A stretch of DNA of 64,000 nt from Dimorphilus gyrociliatus (GCA_904063045.1 CAJFCJ010000007.1:2363404-2427403); one strand, 5' to 3'. Positions 1 through 12,367 are shown, counted from the stretch's first letter. Made by a program: numbers and translations. The notes: generated by a model from the sequence alone, not told the origin.

Positions 1-534
1 TCCAGCTTGAATAAGCATATGAGGTTAGAAAAAAATTATAAGCTGTTTATGTGCCTTTAAAAGATTATAAAAAACAAACCCCACAAAAATAACATTCTAA
101 ACTAAACTAAAATAATGTCAAATAATAATAATAATAATAAAAAAATTAATATTTTAATTATTTTTTTTTTTAAAAAAAATATGAAATACAAAATTTTTTT
201 TTTTTTCAACTTTATCTTCCTGCTTTATTTTAATTTAGTTTGGATTGATAAAATTAGTTAGATAGTTAGAGAAAGAGAGAAAGAGAAGAGTTGTGTTTTT
301 TTTTGATTATTACTTCCGCTGTGAAACAGCTTGTCTGCTTTAATATTTTAATTTTTTTTGTTGTTGATAATTATAGATATTGTTAACTATTGTTTTCATT
401 GTTATTACTAATTTACCTGTTATCAATTAGGCCAGTCTGTGCATAGGATCACCCTTTGCCCCTATCTCCCACTCTTCCTACAAAAAAATTATTAATTTTT
501 TATAGCATATGCTGCTAATATCACAATGCTTTAT

Positions 535-559
535 TGTTTGTTTGTTTGTTTGTTTGTTT
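535..559. repeat. (TTTG)n microsatellite
   Basis: tgtttgtttgtttgtttgtttgttt read directly. Confidence 0.9.
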
Positions 560-853
560 CTGTTGTTATTGTTGTTTATCGTTTTTTAAAACTTTTTTTT
601 TGCTAATATTTTGCTGCTTTTTCAAAAAAAAATTGCTACTCCTACCGCCTAGCCCTCTTCAGTTTATCATTGTCCATCCTATCTTGTTTTTTTTTTACCG
701 CCATTCTTTACCAAACTTTTAACATATGCTTGTTTCTTTTTGTTTAAACTTATCAATTTCAATAGTGCTTTTCACAACCCTTACTTAATAATTACATGCA
801 ACATATGCATTAAATTAAGCGTATTTTTAAAAGATATATCGTTTTACAGGTCA

Positions 854-3800
854 ATGTCTGGTCCACAGTTTAATTTTTCCACCATCGCAAAAGCGAAAAA
901 GGAAGCTATCGTCGCTACGCCCGAGGAATATGTCAAACGATTCGGTGGTACTAGGGTTATATCAAAAATCCTAATTGCTAATAACGGTATTGCTGCCGTT
1001 AAGTGTATTAGATCGATCAGACGATGGTCCTACGAGATATTTCGCAATGAACGGGCCGTTAAATTTGTGGTTATGGTAACACCTGAAGATTTAAAGGCAA
1101 ATGCTGAATATATTCGTTTAGCCGATCAATATATCCCCGTTCCTGGCGGTACTAATAACAATAACTACGCAAATGTTGATCTTATCCTTGATATCGCTAA
1201 GAGGACAAAAGTTCAAGGCGTTTGGGCAGGTTGGGGTCATGCTTCCGAGTTTCCAAGACTACCTGAATCTTTACATCGTAACAATATTATATTTATCGGT
1301 CCACCTGAACATGCTATGTGGGCTCTAGGTGATAAGATAGCGAGCTCTATTGTCGCTCAAAGCTGCGGTGTTCCAACTCTGCCGTGGAACGGTAGTCATT
1401 TAAAAATAGAATATGACCTTGATCAGATAGCCAAAGGTGAAGTTGTCACGGTCCCTCAAGACATCTACACTCAAGGTTGCGTAGCTAACGTATCGGAAGG
1501 CCTAAAATCTGCCAAGGAAATAGGCTTCCCTGTAATGATAAAAGCCTCCGAAGGAGGTGGCGGCAAAGGAATTAGAAAAGTTAATCATGAAGATGATTTC
1601 CCTAATGCTTTCCGACAAGTTCAAACCGAAGTACCTGGATCCCCTATATTCATTATGCAACTGGCAAAGGGTTCACGACATTTGGAAGTTCAAGTTTTGG
1701 CCGATAAATACGGAAACGCCGTATCCTTGTTCGGAAGAGATTGCTCTATCCAAAGAAGACATCAGAAAATTATTGAGGAAGCCCCCATAACGATAGCACC
1801 CGAACATATTAGAACAAAAATGGAGAAAGCTGCCGTTACGCTGGCCAAATTGGTAGGCTATCAGTCGGCAGGAACTGTTGAATATTTGTATAATCCTACA
1901 GATGAATCTTTTCACTTTTTGGAATTGAATCCAAGACTTCAAGTAGAACATCCTTGTACTGAGATGGTATGTGATGTTAACTTACCATCTGCTATGCTGG
2001 AAGTTGGTATGGGTATACCATTGTGGAGAATTAAGACTATTAGAACTATGTACGGAGAAGATCCCATGGGAGATAGTAAAATCGACTTTGAGAATCCAGC
2101 ATATGAACCAAAGCCTAGAGGCCACGTTATCGCTTCTAGAATTACGTCCGAGAATCCGGACGAAGGATTTAAACCTAGTTCAGGAACAGTACAGGAATTG
2201 AATTTTAGAAGTTCGAAAAATGTTTGGGGCTATTTTAGCGTATCCGCAGCTGGTGGCCTTCACGAATTTGCCGATTCTCAATTCGGACATTGTTTCTCGT
2301 GGGGAGAAGACAGAAATTGCGCTAGAGAGAATATGGTTATTGCCCTAAAAGAACTATCGATTAGAGGTGATTTCAGAACAACTGTAGAATATTTGATTAC
2401 CCTCTTTGAAACGGAATGTTTCCAAAGAAATTCTATTGATACTGCATGGCTTGACAAGTTGATTGCCGAGAAAATTCAATCTGAAAAACCCGACCCACTT
2501 TTGGGTGTACTTTGCGGTGGATTACACGTTGCAGAGCAAACGATACTTGAGAATTTGCAAAATTTTCAATCAACACTTGAACGAGGCCAGATTCTACCTG
2601 CAAATTCTTTGAAAAATTCGTGCGAAGTTGAATTAATACACGAAGGCATAAAGTATAGAGCAGTCGTATCAAAATTAGGTCCAACAAGCTTTCTTATCCG
2701 CATGAATGATTCGTTTATTGAGGTTGACGCTCATCGTCTATCCGACGGTGGATTGTTAATATCTTTAGATGGTGACTCTCACACAACATATATGAAAGAG
2801 GAAGTTGGTGGTTATAGGGTTGTTATCGGAAATAAAACCTGTAATCTAGAGAAAGAAAACGATCCGGCTGCTCTACGCGCTCCATCCACTGGAAAATTAA
2901 TTAATTTCTTGGTTGAGGACGGCGCTCATATAGCGGCTGGTTCGGTTTATGCCGAAATAGAGGTCATGAAGATGATTATGGAATTAAGAGTTAACGAGAG
3001 CGGAGTAATTAATCATATTAAAAGATCTGGAGCAATTCTTGAAGCTGGCGACCTCGTTGCTCGCTTGGAACTCGACGATCCTTCAAGAGTTCAAAAGGCT
3101 ATCCCTTACCAGGGTAAATTGCCCGAAACAACTCATAATGGTAATGCTCATGGAGATAAACTTCATCAAATCTTTCAGAGATGTAAGCAAACGTTGATTA
3201 ACATATTGGATGGGTATTGCGAAGGAGAAGAACATTTCAAGAATCGAGTAAGAACAACAGTCGAAACTTTAATGAAATGCTTGAATGATCCGGCGCTACC
3301 ACTCCTGGAACTTCAAGAATTAGTTTCAGCAGTTTCTGGTCGTATTCCACCGGAAGTTGAAAGGGAAATAAAACAATCAATGGCTTCATACGCCTCGAAT
3401 ATAACGTCGATCCTATGTCAATTTCCTAGTCATTCAATCTCGAAATATATCGATTCTTATGCCGCTTCTATTCAAAGAAAAACCGAAAGAGACGTATATT
3501 TTATGACAGTTCAGGGAATTGTTCAACTGACCCAAAGATACTTGCACGGAACTCGTGGTCATATGAGGAACGTTGTTGCCGAATTAATTAAGAAATATGT
3601 AGATGTTGAAAAGCAATTTCAACATTTTCATTATGATAAGTGCGTTGCTCACATAAGAGATACGCACAAAAAGGATATGGCAGCCGTTTCAAGTGTTATT
3701 TTGTCGCATGCTCACGTTGCCGAAAAGAATACGCTTATTATTACATTGTTAGATCAGCTATTCGGCGGTGAGCGTGATTTTGGATTAACCGAGGATATGC

Positions 3801-6800
3801 AAAAACTTCTTACCGAATTAACAATGCTTAACAAGGTGGAAAATAGCAAAGTAGCCCTAAAAGCTCGTCAAATTTTGATAGCAGCTCACCAACCAGCTTA
3901 CGAATTAAGACATAACCAAGTAGAGAATATCTTCCTAAAAGCAATCGATACCTACGGACACGACATCAGCCCTGATAACTTGAAGGTAAGTTATCCTTTT
4001 ATACCCTTTTTGATCTATCCCTTTATCCATAAAATCATCATATACCAACAACAATATCATTTTTATATTTTATAAGTAAAACAATCAAAAATATCATGAA
4101 TTACTGTAGCAATTAATCAAAACCGAAACGCTTATATTCGACGTTCTTCACGATTTCTTCTTCTATTCGAATTTGGCCGTTCGTCGAGCGGCATTCGAGG
4201 TAATTATTGATTGAAAATTTTATATTTATGTTGCTTCAACAGAAATTAATTTTGTCCGAAACATCGATATACGACGTATTACCTGATTTCTTCTATCATA
4301 CTAACAAATTGGTTCGAATGGCTGCTTTAGAGGTGCGAGCAAAAACACAAACAAATAAAAGAAGTGTTACATATATATATATATATATTTTATATAAGCT
4401 ATATTTAATTTTGCTTTTAATCAGATAAAAAGCCTATCCAATATATATGCTTGATATATATATATACATACAATACATATATATATATATACCTAAACAA
4501 ATATAACGAGTGTGAAAGAAGTCTAATTTTTTTTATTTGAAAAAAAAATGGAGATTTTCTTCGATTTAAGAAAAATCATATCTTGTTTATGATTTCTTTA
4601 ATTTTTATTTACATGATTATTTCAATGTATATTTCTTATATTTAGGTCTATGTACGAAGAGCTTACATCGCTTACGATTTGAATTGTATTCAACACGATC
4701 TGTTGAAAGGAGATCTATGCATTGTTGAATTTCAATTTCTACTTCCGAGCTCCCATCCTAATCGTTTCCATCAGAGAAAAACTAGCTATATGCTACCTAG
4801 AGTATCGAGTTTAGGCGATGAAATGGCTGCCGTTGCCAATTATTTACCATGTCAGAGAACTGGAGTTATGGCTGCTTTTAGATGTTTCGACGAATTTGTG
4901 AGATATTTCGATGATCTTTTAAAAAGATTTGTGAAAACTAATAATTGTACAACAATGAATGGCGACGATGCATCACACCAATACGATAGTAGACGAAGTA
5001 GTTCTAGTTCTTTAGGAAGTGTCCTCGGTGATGATGAACCGATTCACATACTGAATATTGCTATATCTTGTAAACAGTAAGTTAACAAATCTTCTTTTTT
5101 TATTATTATCAATGATAATATCTACTATTGTTTTTATTTGTAGTGACGAAGAAGATAGAGAGTTAGCGGACAGATTTGAACAATTCTGTGTTCAACACAG
5201 GCCTGTTCTAAATGAACGTGGTATAAGGAGAGCAACATTTATTCTGCTTAAGAATAGAGAATTTCCAAAGTATTTCACCTTCCGCTCTAGGGAAGGATTC
5301 ACTGAGGATAGAATTTATAGACATCTTGAACCTGCTCTTGCATTCCAGCTGGAAATTAATCGAATGAGAAATTTTAATTTAGAAGCTATTCCAGTAGCAA
5401 ATCATAGAATACATTTGTACTTGGGAAGAGCAAAACAAGTAGCCAAAGGCCAAGAAGTTACTGATTATCGTTTTTTCGTTCGCGTAATTATCCGCCATTC
5501 TGATCTCGTATCGAGAGAAGCTTCGTTCGAATATTTAAGAAGTGAAGGTGAACGCATGTTATTGGAGGCTATGGACGCCTTAGAGGTAGCCTTCGAGCAT
5601 CCTCTTTCCAAGAGAACCGATTGCAATCACGTCTTTTTGAATTTCGTTCCAACTATGGTTATGGCAGATCCGATCAAAATTGAAGATACCGTTAGAAATA
5701 TGGTTATGTGTTACGGACACCGTATTTGGAAATTGCGAGTACTACAAGCAGAAGTTAAAATGAACGTTAAGAAGACGCAAGAGAGTGAACCAATGCCTAT
5801 TAGGGTGTTTGTTAATAACGATAGTGGATACTATTTGGATATTACTACCTACAAAGAAATCAACGATGGTAAAGGTGGACAAGTTCACTTTGAGAGTCTG
5901 GGAAAGAAGAAAGGACCTCTTCACGGTCTAATATTGTCTACACCATATATGACAAAGGATCAATTACAATTGAAACGTTTCCAAGCACAAAGTGCCGGTA
6001 CAACGTACGCCTACGATCTGCCAGAATTGTTTAAGCAAGCACTAGTAAAACTCTGGAAGAAATACTACGCAAGTAAAGGTGAAGCTGAAGAAAACTTTCA
6101 AAATACCGAATTAGATTGTTTCTCTTTTGTTGAATTGGTAATTGGTCAAGACGGAAAACTAAAAGAATTTAATAGATTACAAGGCGAGAATGATTGCGGA
6201 ATGGTTGCTTGGAAATTCACCTTGAAAACTCCAGAATTTCCAAACGGTAGAAGTGCCATTGTTATAGCTAATGATATAACATTCCAAATTGGTTCTTTTG
6301 GACCAAAAGAAGACGATCTGTTTTTGAAGGCAAGCGAATTGGCTAGAGCCGAAGGAATCCCTCGCATATACGTGTCTGCTAACAGTGGAGCCAGAATTGG
6401 CTTGGCTAAAGAGATAATGCATCACTTCCGAGTGGCTTGGAAAGATGATAAGGATGTCGAGAAGGGATTTAATTATTTGTATTTGACTCCCGACGATTAT
6501 AAAAAGGTCATGTCGAGTGTTCACGTTGAGCATGTCGTGGAGAAGGGTGAATCCCGCTATAAGCTTCTCGATATTATCGGCGCTGAAGATGGTTTAGGCG
6601 TTGAAAATTTACGTGGCTCCGGTACTATTGCTGGGGAAACTTCCCAAGCTTACAATGAAATTCCAACTATTTCCTTGGTTACTTGCCGTGCTGTTGGTAT
6701 TGGTGCTTATTTGGTTCGTCTTGGTCAGAGAGTGGTTCAAACTGAAAATGCCCATATTATTCTTACTGGAGCGGGCGCTCTCAATAAGGTTTTGGGAAGA

Positions 6801-8258
6801 GAAGTGTATACAAGTAACAACCAACTTGGTGGTATCCAAATTATGCACAACAACGGCGTCACTCATACCGTTGTTAAAGACGATTTCGAGGGAGTTGAAG
6901 CAATTTTAAGATGGCTAGCATACGTTCCTCGCTGCAGAGATGGGCCTTTGCCCATATTGACGTCTCAGGATCCAATTGAGAGAGAAATAGAATTCAAACC
7001 GCCTAAAACCCCACACGATCCACGATTAATGTTGGACGGAAAGTATTGCGAGAATGGTCGATGGATTAGCGGCTTTTTTGATAAGAACTCTTGGGAAGAG
7101 ATGATGGCCCCATGGGCCCAAACAGTGATTACGGGCAGAGCCAGACTTGGTGGAATACCTGTCGGTGTGATTTGCGTTGAGACTAGATCAGTTGAGGCTA
7201 AGGTACCGGCTGATCCAGCCAACTTGGATTCAGAAACTCTAGTAATTCCCCAAGCAGGACAAGTATGGTTTCCCGATAGCGCCTATAAAACAGCGCAGGC
7301 CATTAAGGATTTGAACCGCGAACAGTTGCCTCTATTTATCTTCGCCAACTGGAGAGGTTTCAGCGGCGGTATGAAGGATATGTACGATCAAGTCTTGAAA
7401 TTCGGAAGTTATATTGTTGACGGACTAAGAGAATACAAACAACCGATAATCGTTTATCTACCACCCGGAGCAGAACTAAGAGGAGGCGCTTGGGTGGTTG
7501 TCGATCCGACAATTAACGAAAGACATATGGAAATGTACGCCGACAAAGAGAGCAGAGGCGGTGTTCTCGAGCCGGCTGGAACTGTGGAAATTAAATTTAA
7601 ACTTCGAGAACAGATAAAAGCCATGACGAGACTCGACGAAACATATCGCAAGTTGAAAAAGAGCTTGAACGAACCTAATCTAACTCCTGCCGATAAGATC
7701 GCTTTAGAAAAGAAATTACGTGAAAGGGAGTCTCTCATTGCACCTGTCTATCATCAAATTGCCATCGCCTTTGCTGATCTACACGATACTGCCGGTCGTA
7801 TGCAAGAAAAGGGCGTGATTAACGACGTTCTTACATGGAAAACATCCAGAAAATATTTATACTGGCGTCTTAGACGTCTATTGTTGGAAGAAACCTACAT
7901 TAAAAAAGTTCAAGAGCTCAATCCAACACTCAATGACGCCCAAATCAGAATGATGCTTTCAAGATGGTTTACAGAGCACAAGGGAGCAGTTAACGCCTAT
8001 CTATGGGAGGATGATAACATGACCGTTACCGAGTGGTTGCAAACTCAATTAGATAACGGATTACATAATTCAGGAATTGCCGAAAATCTCGCAGCAATCC
8101 GTAGAGATTACGCATTAGAACAAATTAAGAAAGTCCTGAAAGAAAACGAAGATATAGCGATGGATTCAGTTGCATACGCAATTTCAATCCTAAACGCTGG
8201 TGAGAAGAGCGAAGTTGTCAAAATGTTGAGCGAAAATACGCCTATGCAAAACTCATGA
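854..8258 (+). CDS. ACC: Acetyl-CoA carboxylase (BC-BT-BCCP-central-CT). Exons 850-3985, 4243-4332 (or alternative 4110-4199), 4646-5076, 5144-8258; an upstream exon is probably missing
   Basis: BC motifs [39 protein letters not shown]; biotinylation motif EVMKM; CT motifs [21 protein letters not shown]. Splice sites AAG|gtaagt 3986, cag|AAA 4243, GAG|gtgcga 4333, tag|GTC 4646, CA|gtaagt 5077, tag|T 5144 keep the frame. Confidence 0.98.
4110..4199 (+). CDS. ACC: Alternative (duplicated) ACC exon encoding [30 protein letters not shown]
   Basis: Preceded by ctgtag (AG 4108-4109), followed by gtaatt (4200). Exactly 90 nt, phase 0, no stop, aligns residue for residue with the downstream 90-nt exon [30 protein letters not shown]. 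Confidence 0.85.
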
Positions 8259-8698
8259 AAGGGTAATGAAAAATAGACAAATAAATAAAAAAATAAATAA
8301 ATAAAGGAAGAAATAAGAAGAATAAGGAAAAAAAAAGAACTTGATAAAAAGAGTTTAAAGAAGAACTTAAATATTTCAAAATTTAGTCTTTGTTATTCAA
8401 TCAATCATCTTAATATTTTCTTTTCTTTTGAATTATATAAAAAATATAAATAATAACAATATATATATAAATATATATGTATTACCTATATGTATACATA
8501 TATTAACATATATTAGCATATAGATATATACTTTTTATAGATATATTTATATATGATATACAGTATAGTATATGTATATATGTAAAATTTGTTTAAATAT
8601 CTATGTTTTTGTTGTTTGAATGAAGAACTTTAAAGTGAATCTAATTATTTTAAATAAACTACGAAAAATGTTTATATACAATCTATTTTGACTGTATC

Positions 8699-8800
8699 TT
8701 TGGCGCCAAAATAGTGTCCATTTTGTACCTTAAAAGGGCATATCGATGATGATTGGCTGTCTTTGAAATGGCATTGTGTAATGGCATATTCACTATAAAT
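8699..8800 (+). promoter_or_regulatory. Candidate promoter of the gag-like ORF: palindromic E2F-type site, reverse CCAAT box, CHR-like TTTGAA, TATA box
   Basis: TTTGGCGCCAAA perfect palindrome 8699-8710; ATTGG 8752-8756; TTTGAA 8762-8767; TATAAAT 8794-8800; ATG at 8914. Motif match only. Confidence 0.4.
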
Positions 8801-8913
8801 CTACTGACTAAATTCATAGATTTTTAGCTTTAAAATAAGTGTAAAAGTTTAATCATATTCGTAAATATTTGTATTAAAACATATGCGAACGAGTAATAAA
8901 AATTGAATTTGCT

Positions 8914-10566
8914 ATGGAACATCCAAGAAGTTTACAGTCAGCAATTAACCTTTTCTCAAAAGAAAAACCGATTGCAGATCCGCTGAAAGGTAAAATTGAC
9001 GCTCTATTGGAGTTCGATATCGATATAAGCCCACTACAGCCTCCTTGGAACGATGAGGAAAAGGTAGAGAAACTACTACAGTTCCTAGAAGATCGAATTG
9101 ATGAGGAGACAAACAATCGTAACCGTACGAATGTACAGTTAAGGACGCTTTGCGAAACCTTCAAGAAAACCTTTAGTAGGATAGGTGAACAGGCCTTGAA
9201 TAGAAATATAGATGTATATAAGGACACTTTACGTACAGTTGTTGAGGCGACGTCGCATCTATTTTCGGCTATGACGTTAAATATTACTTCAAAGAACGAT
9301 TATAATTATATAAAAAGAGCTCATAGTCATTTTGTTAGTGAACTCGAACTAATCAAAGAATGTATTAAAGCTGCGGAGGTTGTCAACTGTGATAAATTTA
9401 TACGGAAATGTCCAAGCGAATTGGTAAGATCAACCTCACAAGAAAACCTTAACGACTATAGAAGTATACAAATAGGAGGAGAGCTATTAGAAGAGAATCG
9501 CGAAGATTTCATCTATGATCAAAGGGATAGCGAGAAAGGAAGAGCAATTAGAGTTCTAGAATCCGTTGCTCTAGAGGATGAATTAAGTATTTGCGACAGG
9601 GAAGTTAAATGTCAAGTAAGTCAAGAGAATACTACTGAAGTCTTATGGCAAGGTAGCGGGTTAACCATGTGGAATCCCGATACGGAGCAAAAATACGATG
9701 GTTATAATATATCATTCGAGGCGTTTGAGGCTAGATTCAATGAGATAACAAGAAAATTTGGTAAATGCTCTCAATGGAAAAAGGCTGAACTATTGAAAAG
9801 ATGGACAACAGGATTTGCTTCCAAAGTGATTGTAACCGCTTGTAAAGATGAAAAATATCCTTTTGATAAGGCAATGATAGCACTACAAGAGAAATTTAAA
9901 GAGATGTATAGACCCGAGAAAGCAATATTTAATGAGATTCAACAATTACCTTTACTCTCGCCTTCTACAAAGATGGCACTCGCTGAAGCTCACCTAATCC
10001 TAATTAATATCAAACTTACTCTTCCAGAAGCGTGTATTGCTCAATCGACCTTAGAGTCGTCGGTTTTGAGAGTATTAAGTGATAAAATGGATTTTAATCT
10101 CCTGCGTCAATGGAATGACGTTGAATCGAAACTCAAACCTTCGGAATCGCGACTACTCAATCTAACCAACTTTATTCATCAAGTTGAAAAAGGATCAATC
10201 ATCTCCAAGGTGAGAGCGAACGGCGATTTGTCAAAGAATGAAATGAAATTCACTAACAATTCAGCGATGGAAAAATATCAAGTTGATAAATCTAACTGTT
10301 ACGGTTCGAAAAGAAACAGAGATTGTACTCTTCATCCTGGAAAACATTCTTATTCAAGATGCCCAGATTTCTTAAAATTGACTATCAACGAAAGATGGAA
10401 CAAAGCAATTGAAGATGAACGTTGCCTCAATTGCCTTAGAGCGGGACACCAGTTGCATCAGTGTAAATCAAGAATGTGTAATAGATGCGGAATAAGGCAT
10501 AATGATTCCCTGCATGATTCAAGAAAGTTTCCAACAAGAAATATTTCCGCTGAAAAAGTTTGCTAA
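8914..10566 (+). CDS. Intronless Bel/Pao-type retrotransposon Gag-like protein (DUF1759-like capsid region plus triple Cys/His knuckle), no pol
   Basis: 550-aa uninterrupted ORF; KYDGYNISFEAFEARFNEI...KKAELLKRWTTGFASKVI resembles the Bel/Pao gag core; C-terminal CTLHPGKHSYSRC..F....ERW......RCLNCLRAGHQLHQCKSRMCNRCGIRHNDSLH matches the Bel/Pao zinc-finger array. AATAAA at 10886-10891. Confidence 0.85.
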   Translation: MEHPRSLQSAINLFSKEKPIADPLKGKIDALLEFDIDISPLQPPWNDEEKVEKLLQFLEDRIDEETNNRNRTNVQLRTLCETFKKTFSRIGEQALNRNIDVYKDTLRTVVEATSHLFSAMTLNITSKNDYNYIKRAHSHFVSELELIKECIKAAEVVNCDKFIRKCPSELVRSTSQENLNDYRSIQIGGELLEENREDFIYDQRDSEKGRAIRVLESVALEDELSICDREVKCQVSQENTTEVLWQGSGLTMWNPDTEQKYDGYNISFEAFEARFNEITRKFGKCSQWKKAELLKRWTTGFASKVIVTACKDEKYPFDKAMIALQEKFKEMYRPEKAIFNEIQQLPLLSPSTKMALAEAHLILINIKLTLPEACIAQSTLESSVLRVLSDKMDFNLLRQWNDVESKLKPSESRLLNLTNFIHQVEKGSIISKVRANGDLSKNEMKFTNNSAMEKYQVDKSNCYGSKRNRDCTLHPGKHSYSRCPDFLKLTINERWNKAIEDERCLNCLRAGHQLHQCKSRMCNRCGIRHNDSLHDSRKFPTRNISAEKVC

Positions 10567-11233
10567 TCCTTGACAAGAATCTTAACAGCGTCATCATAAG
10601 TAGTACATAATTTAGAAGTGTGAGAACCCGATAATCGGATGATATTAGAAGATTAACTATTGATAAATACATGATAAATGTGTTCATTAGTTCACAGTTG
10701 ATAGAATTAATGAAAACTACTTTTATAATGTAAAGCCTAAAGAACCGGAAGTTTCATTTCGTGTTTATCTTTTATTCCTGTATTCTTTTTGTTTATACAA
10801 AGTAGTGTTTTTACAAGGAAAAGATCTGCTAAAAATATCCAATACATTTCTATAATCTTTCTAGAAGACTAAACAAGATATTCTCAATAAAAAATAATAT
10901 CTATCTGATTACAGTTTTACACTTATATCTTTAAATTGATTTGTCCAGTGAAATGTCAATAGATCCTTTGTACTTTCAGATTCTTCATTTCTTCGAAATA
11001 TTGCACTAGTAATAGTGAAATATAGTAAAAATCTATTTTATTGAAATAAGCGTTTTTTTTTTTGAAGTTAAGTTAAAACTTCCGGAATTATCCGACTTTC
11101 TTTAATCTTATCAATTTTAGCTATCTAATAAACTTTTTTATGCTTTTTATATAAAATTAAATATGAAGACTTCTTATATCTTTGAGGTGAAGATGAACTT
11201 TAACAAAGCTTAACTTGGCATATAATTAATATA

Positions 11234-11273
11234 CAGTACATAAAGTAGTAATTGACAAAAATAACAGGACACT
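11234..11273 (+). repeat. Left terminal inverted repeat of the Tc1-like element
   Basis: CAGTACATAAAGTAGTAATTGACAAAAATAACAGGACACT is similar to the reverse complement of 12368-12404 (TATAAAGTAGTTGACAAAAAAAATCTGGACACT). Confidence 0.7.
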
Positions 11274-12367
11274 ACAAAGTTTTATAGGCCGAATCGTAGA
11301 AATCATTTTCAATACCAAAAAAAAAAAAAAATACATTTAGATAAGTTTTTACATTGTTCTTTTGTTTTTGATGAGTTTTCTTCTTATTCCGCCGAGAGAC
11401 GTAATAATCCGGACAATGGTTTTGGGACTAATATTTTTAAATATGAATACCCTATTTCTTCAAATGCATTTGCTTACACTAAACTTCTTCATACACCCCC
11501 CCCCCTCCCACTCCCCTCATCTGATGTTATTAGTCCCAAAATCATTGCTCCCCACCCCAGCCCATAAATTTTCTATAACCGTTAAGTTTTCATGGCCGTC
11601 ATTTGTCCGCGTGCGAAAATCAGTAGTCCAGTCATCAGTGAGATTCTGGATTCATCTTTAAAAATTACTCTAAATAAATCTAAAATATCACTGATATTTT
11701 CTTCTTTTACAATCCTTGGCTGTAAGTCCAACTCTTTGTCTTGAACTTATATTTGAAATTCTGTCTTTTCAGTTCTCTCTGAATTGTTCTAGTGCTTACG
11801 TTCAGTTCTAATTCCTTCAAAATCCTTGCTGATGTTACTCTTTCCTTGTTTCTTTCAAGTCTCTTCGCAATCCTTTTAATCCTGGTTGAGTCTCTTTCTG
11901 TAAAAAGCTTTCGACGACCTCTATTCTCTTTTTCCGGTGGCTGATAGTTTAAAATATTGCTAACGGTTGATGGTGCCATTCCTAAAGCTCTTGCTGTTGC
12001 CCTTACTTTTCCCAACTCATCAAATTTCTTGATTACTAAAATTCTAACATCTTTACTCCACGCCATAATTAATTAATATAATTTTGAGAAATTGAACGTT
12101 GAAAAGTGAATTTATCAATGACGTCTATTTGAATGCCAAACCGGATGTATTATGTCTCGCAGTCAAATAAAGAAGAAAATATGTAAATTAATAAAAAGTT
12201 TTTCCTAATTCTATTCATAAATATAATAAGTTTTTCTAATATTTTTCAATAATAAACATAAATATAAGTGTTTTTTTATAAATATAACTTTTAGACAAAA
12301 GAGACAAACATTTCAAATAAAAAAAAATTTGGAGCGTTTTTTTAAAACTTGGCCTATTAAAATTTAC

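Noticed and set aside
448-472. SRE-like (ATCACCC, ATCTCCCAC) and DR1-like sequence upstream of ACC
   Set aside because: Only partial matches to short motifs, and the TSS is unknown
534-722. 62-aa ORF upstream of ACC
   Set aside because: Built from a TTTG microsatellite and poly-T/A runs; low complexity and not ATG-initiated
1557-7738. Numerous 60-120 aa antisense and alternate-frame ORFs over ACC (and similarly over other genes)
   Set aside because: Shadow ORFs of long coding exons with no independent motifs
8701-8718. TGGCGCC as a retrotransposon primer-binding site
   Set aside because: Complementarity to a tRNA 3' end does not extend recognisably and no LTR precedes it; better explained as a palindrome
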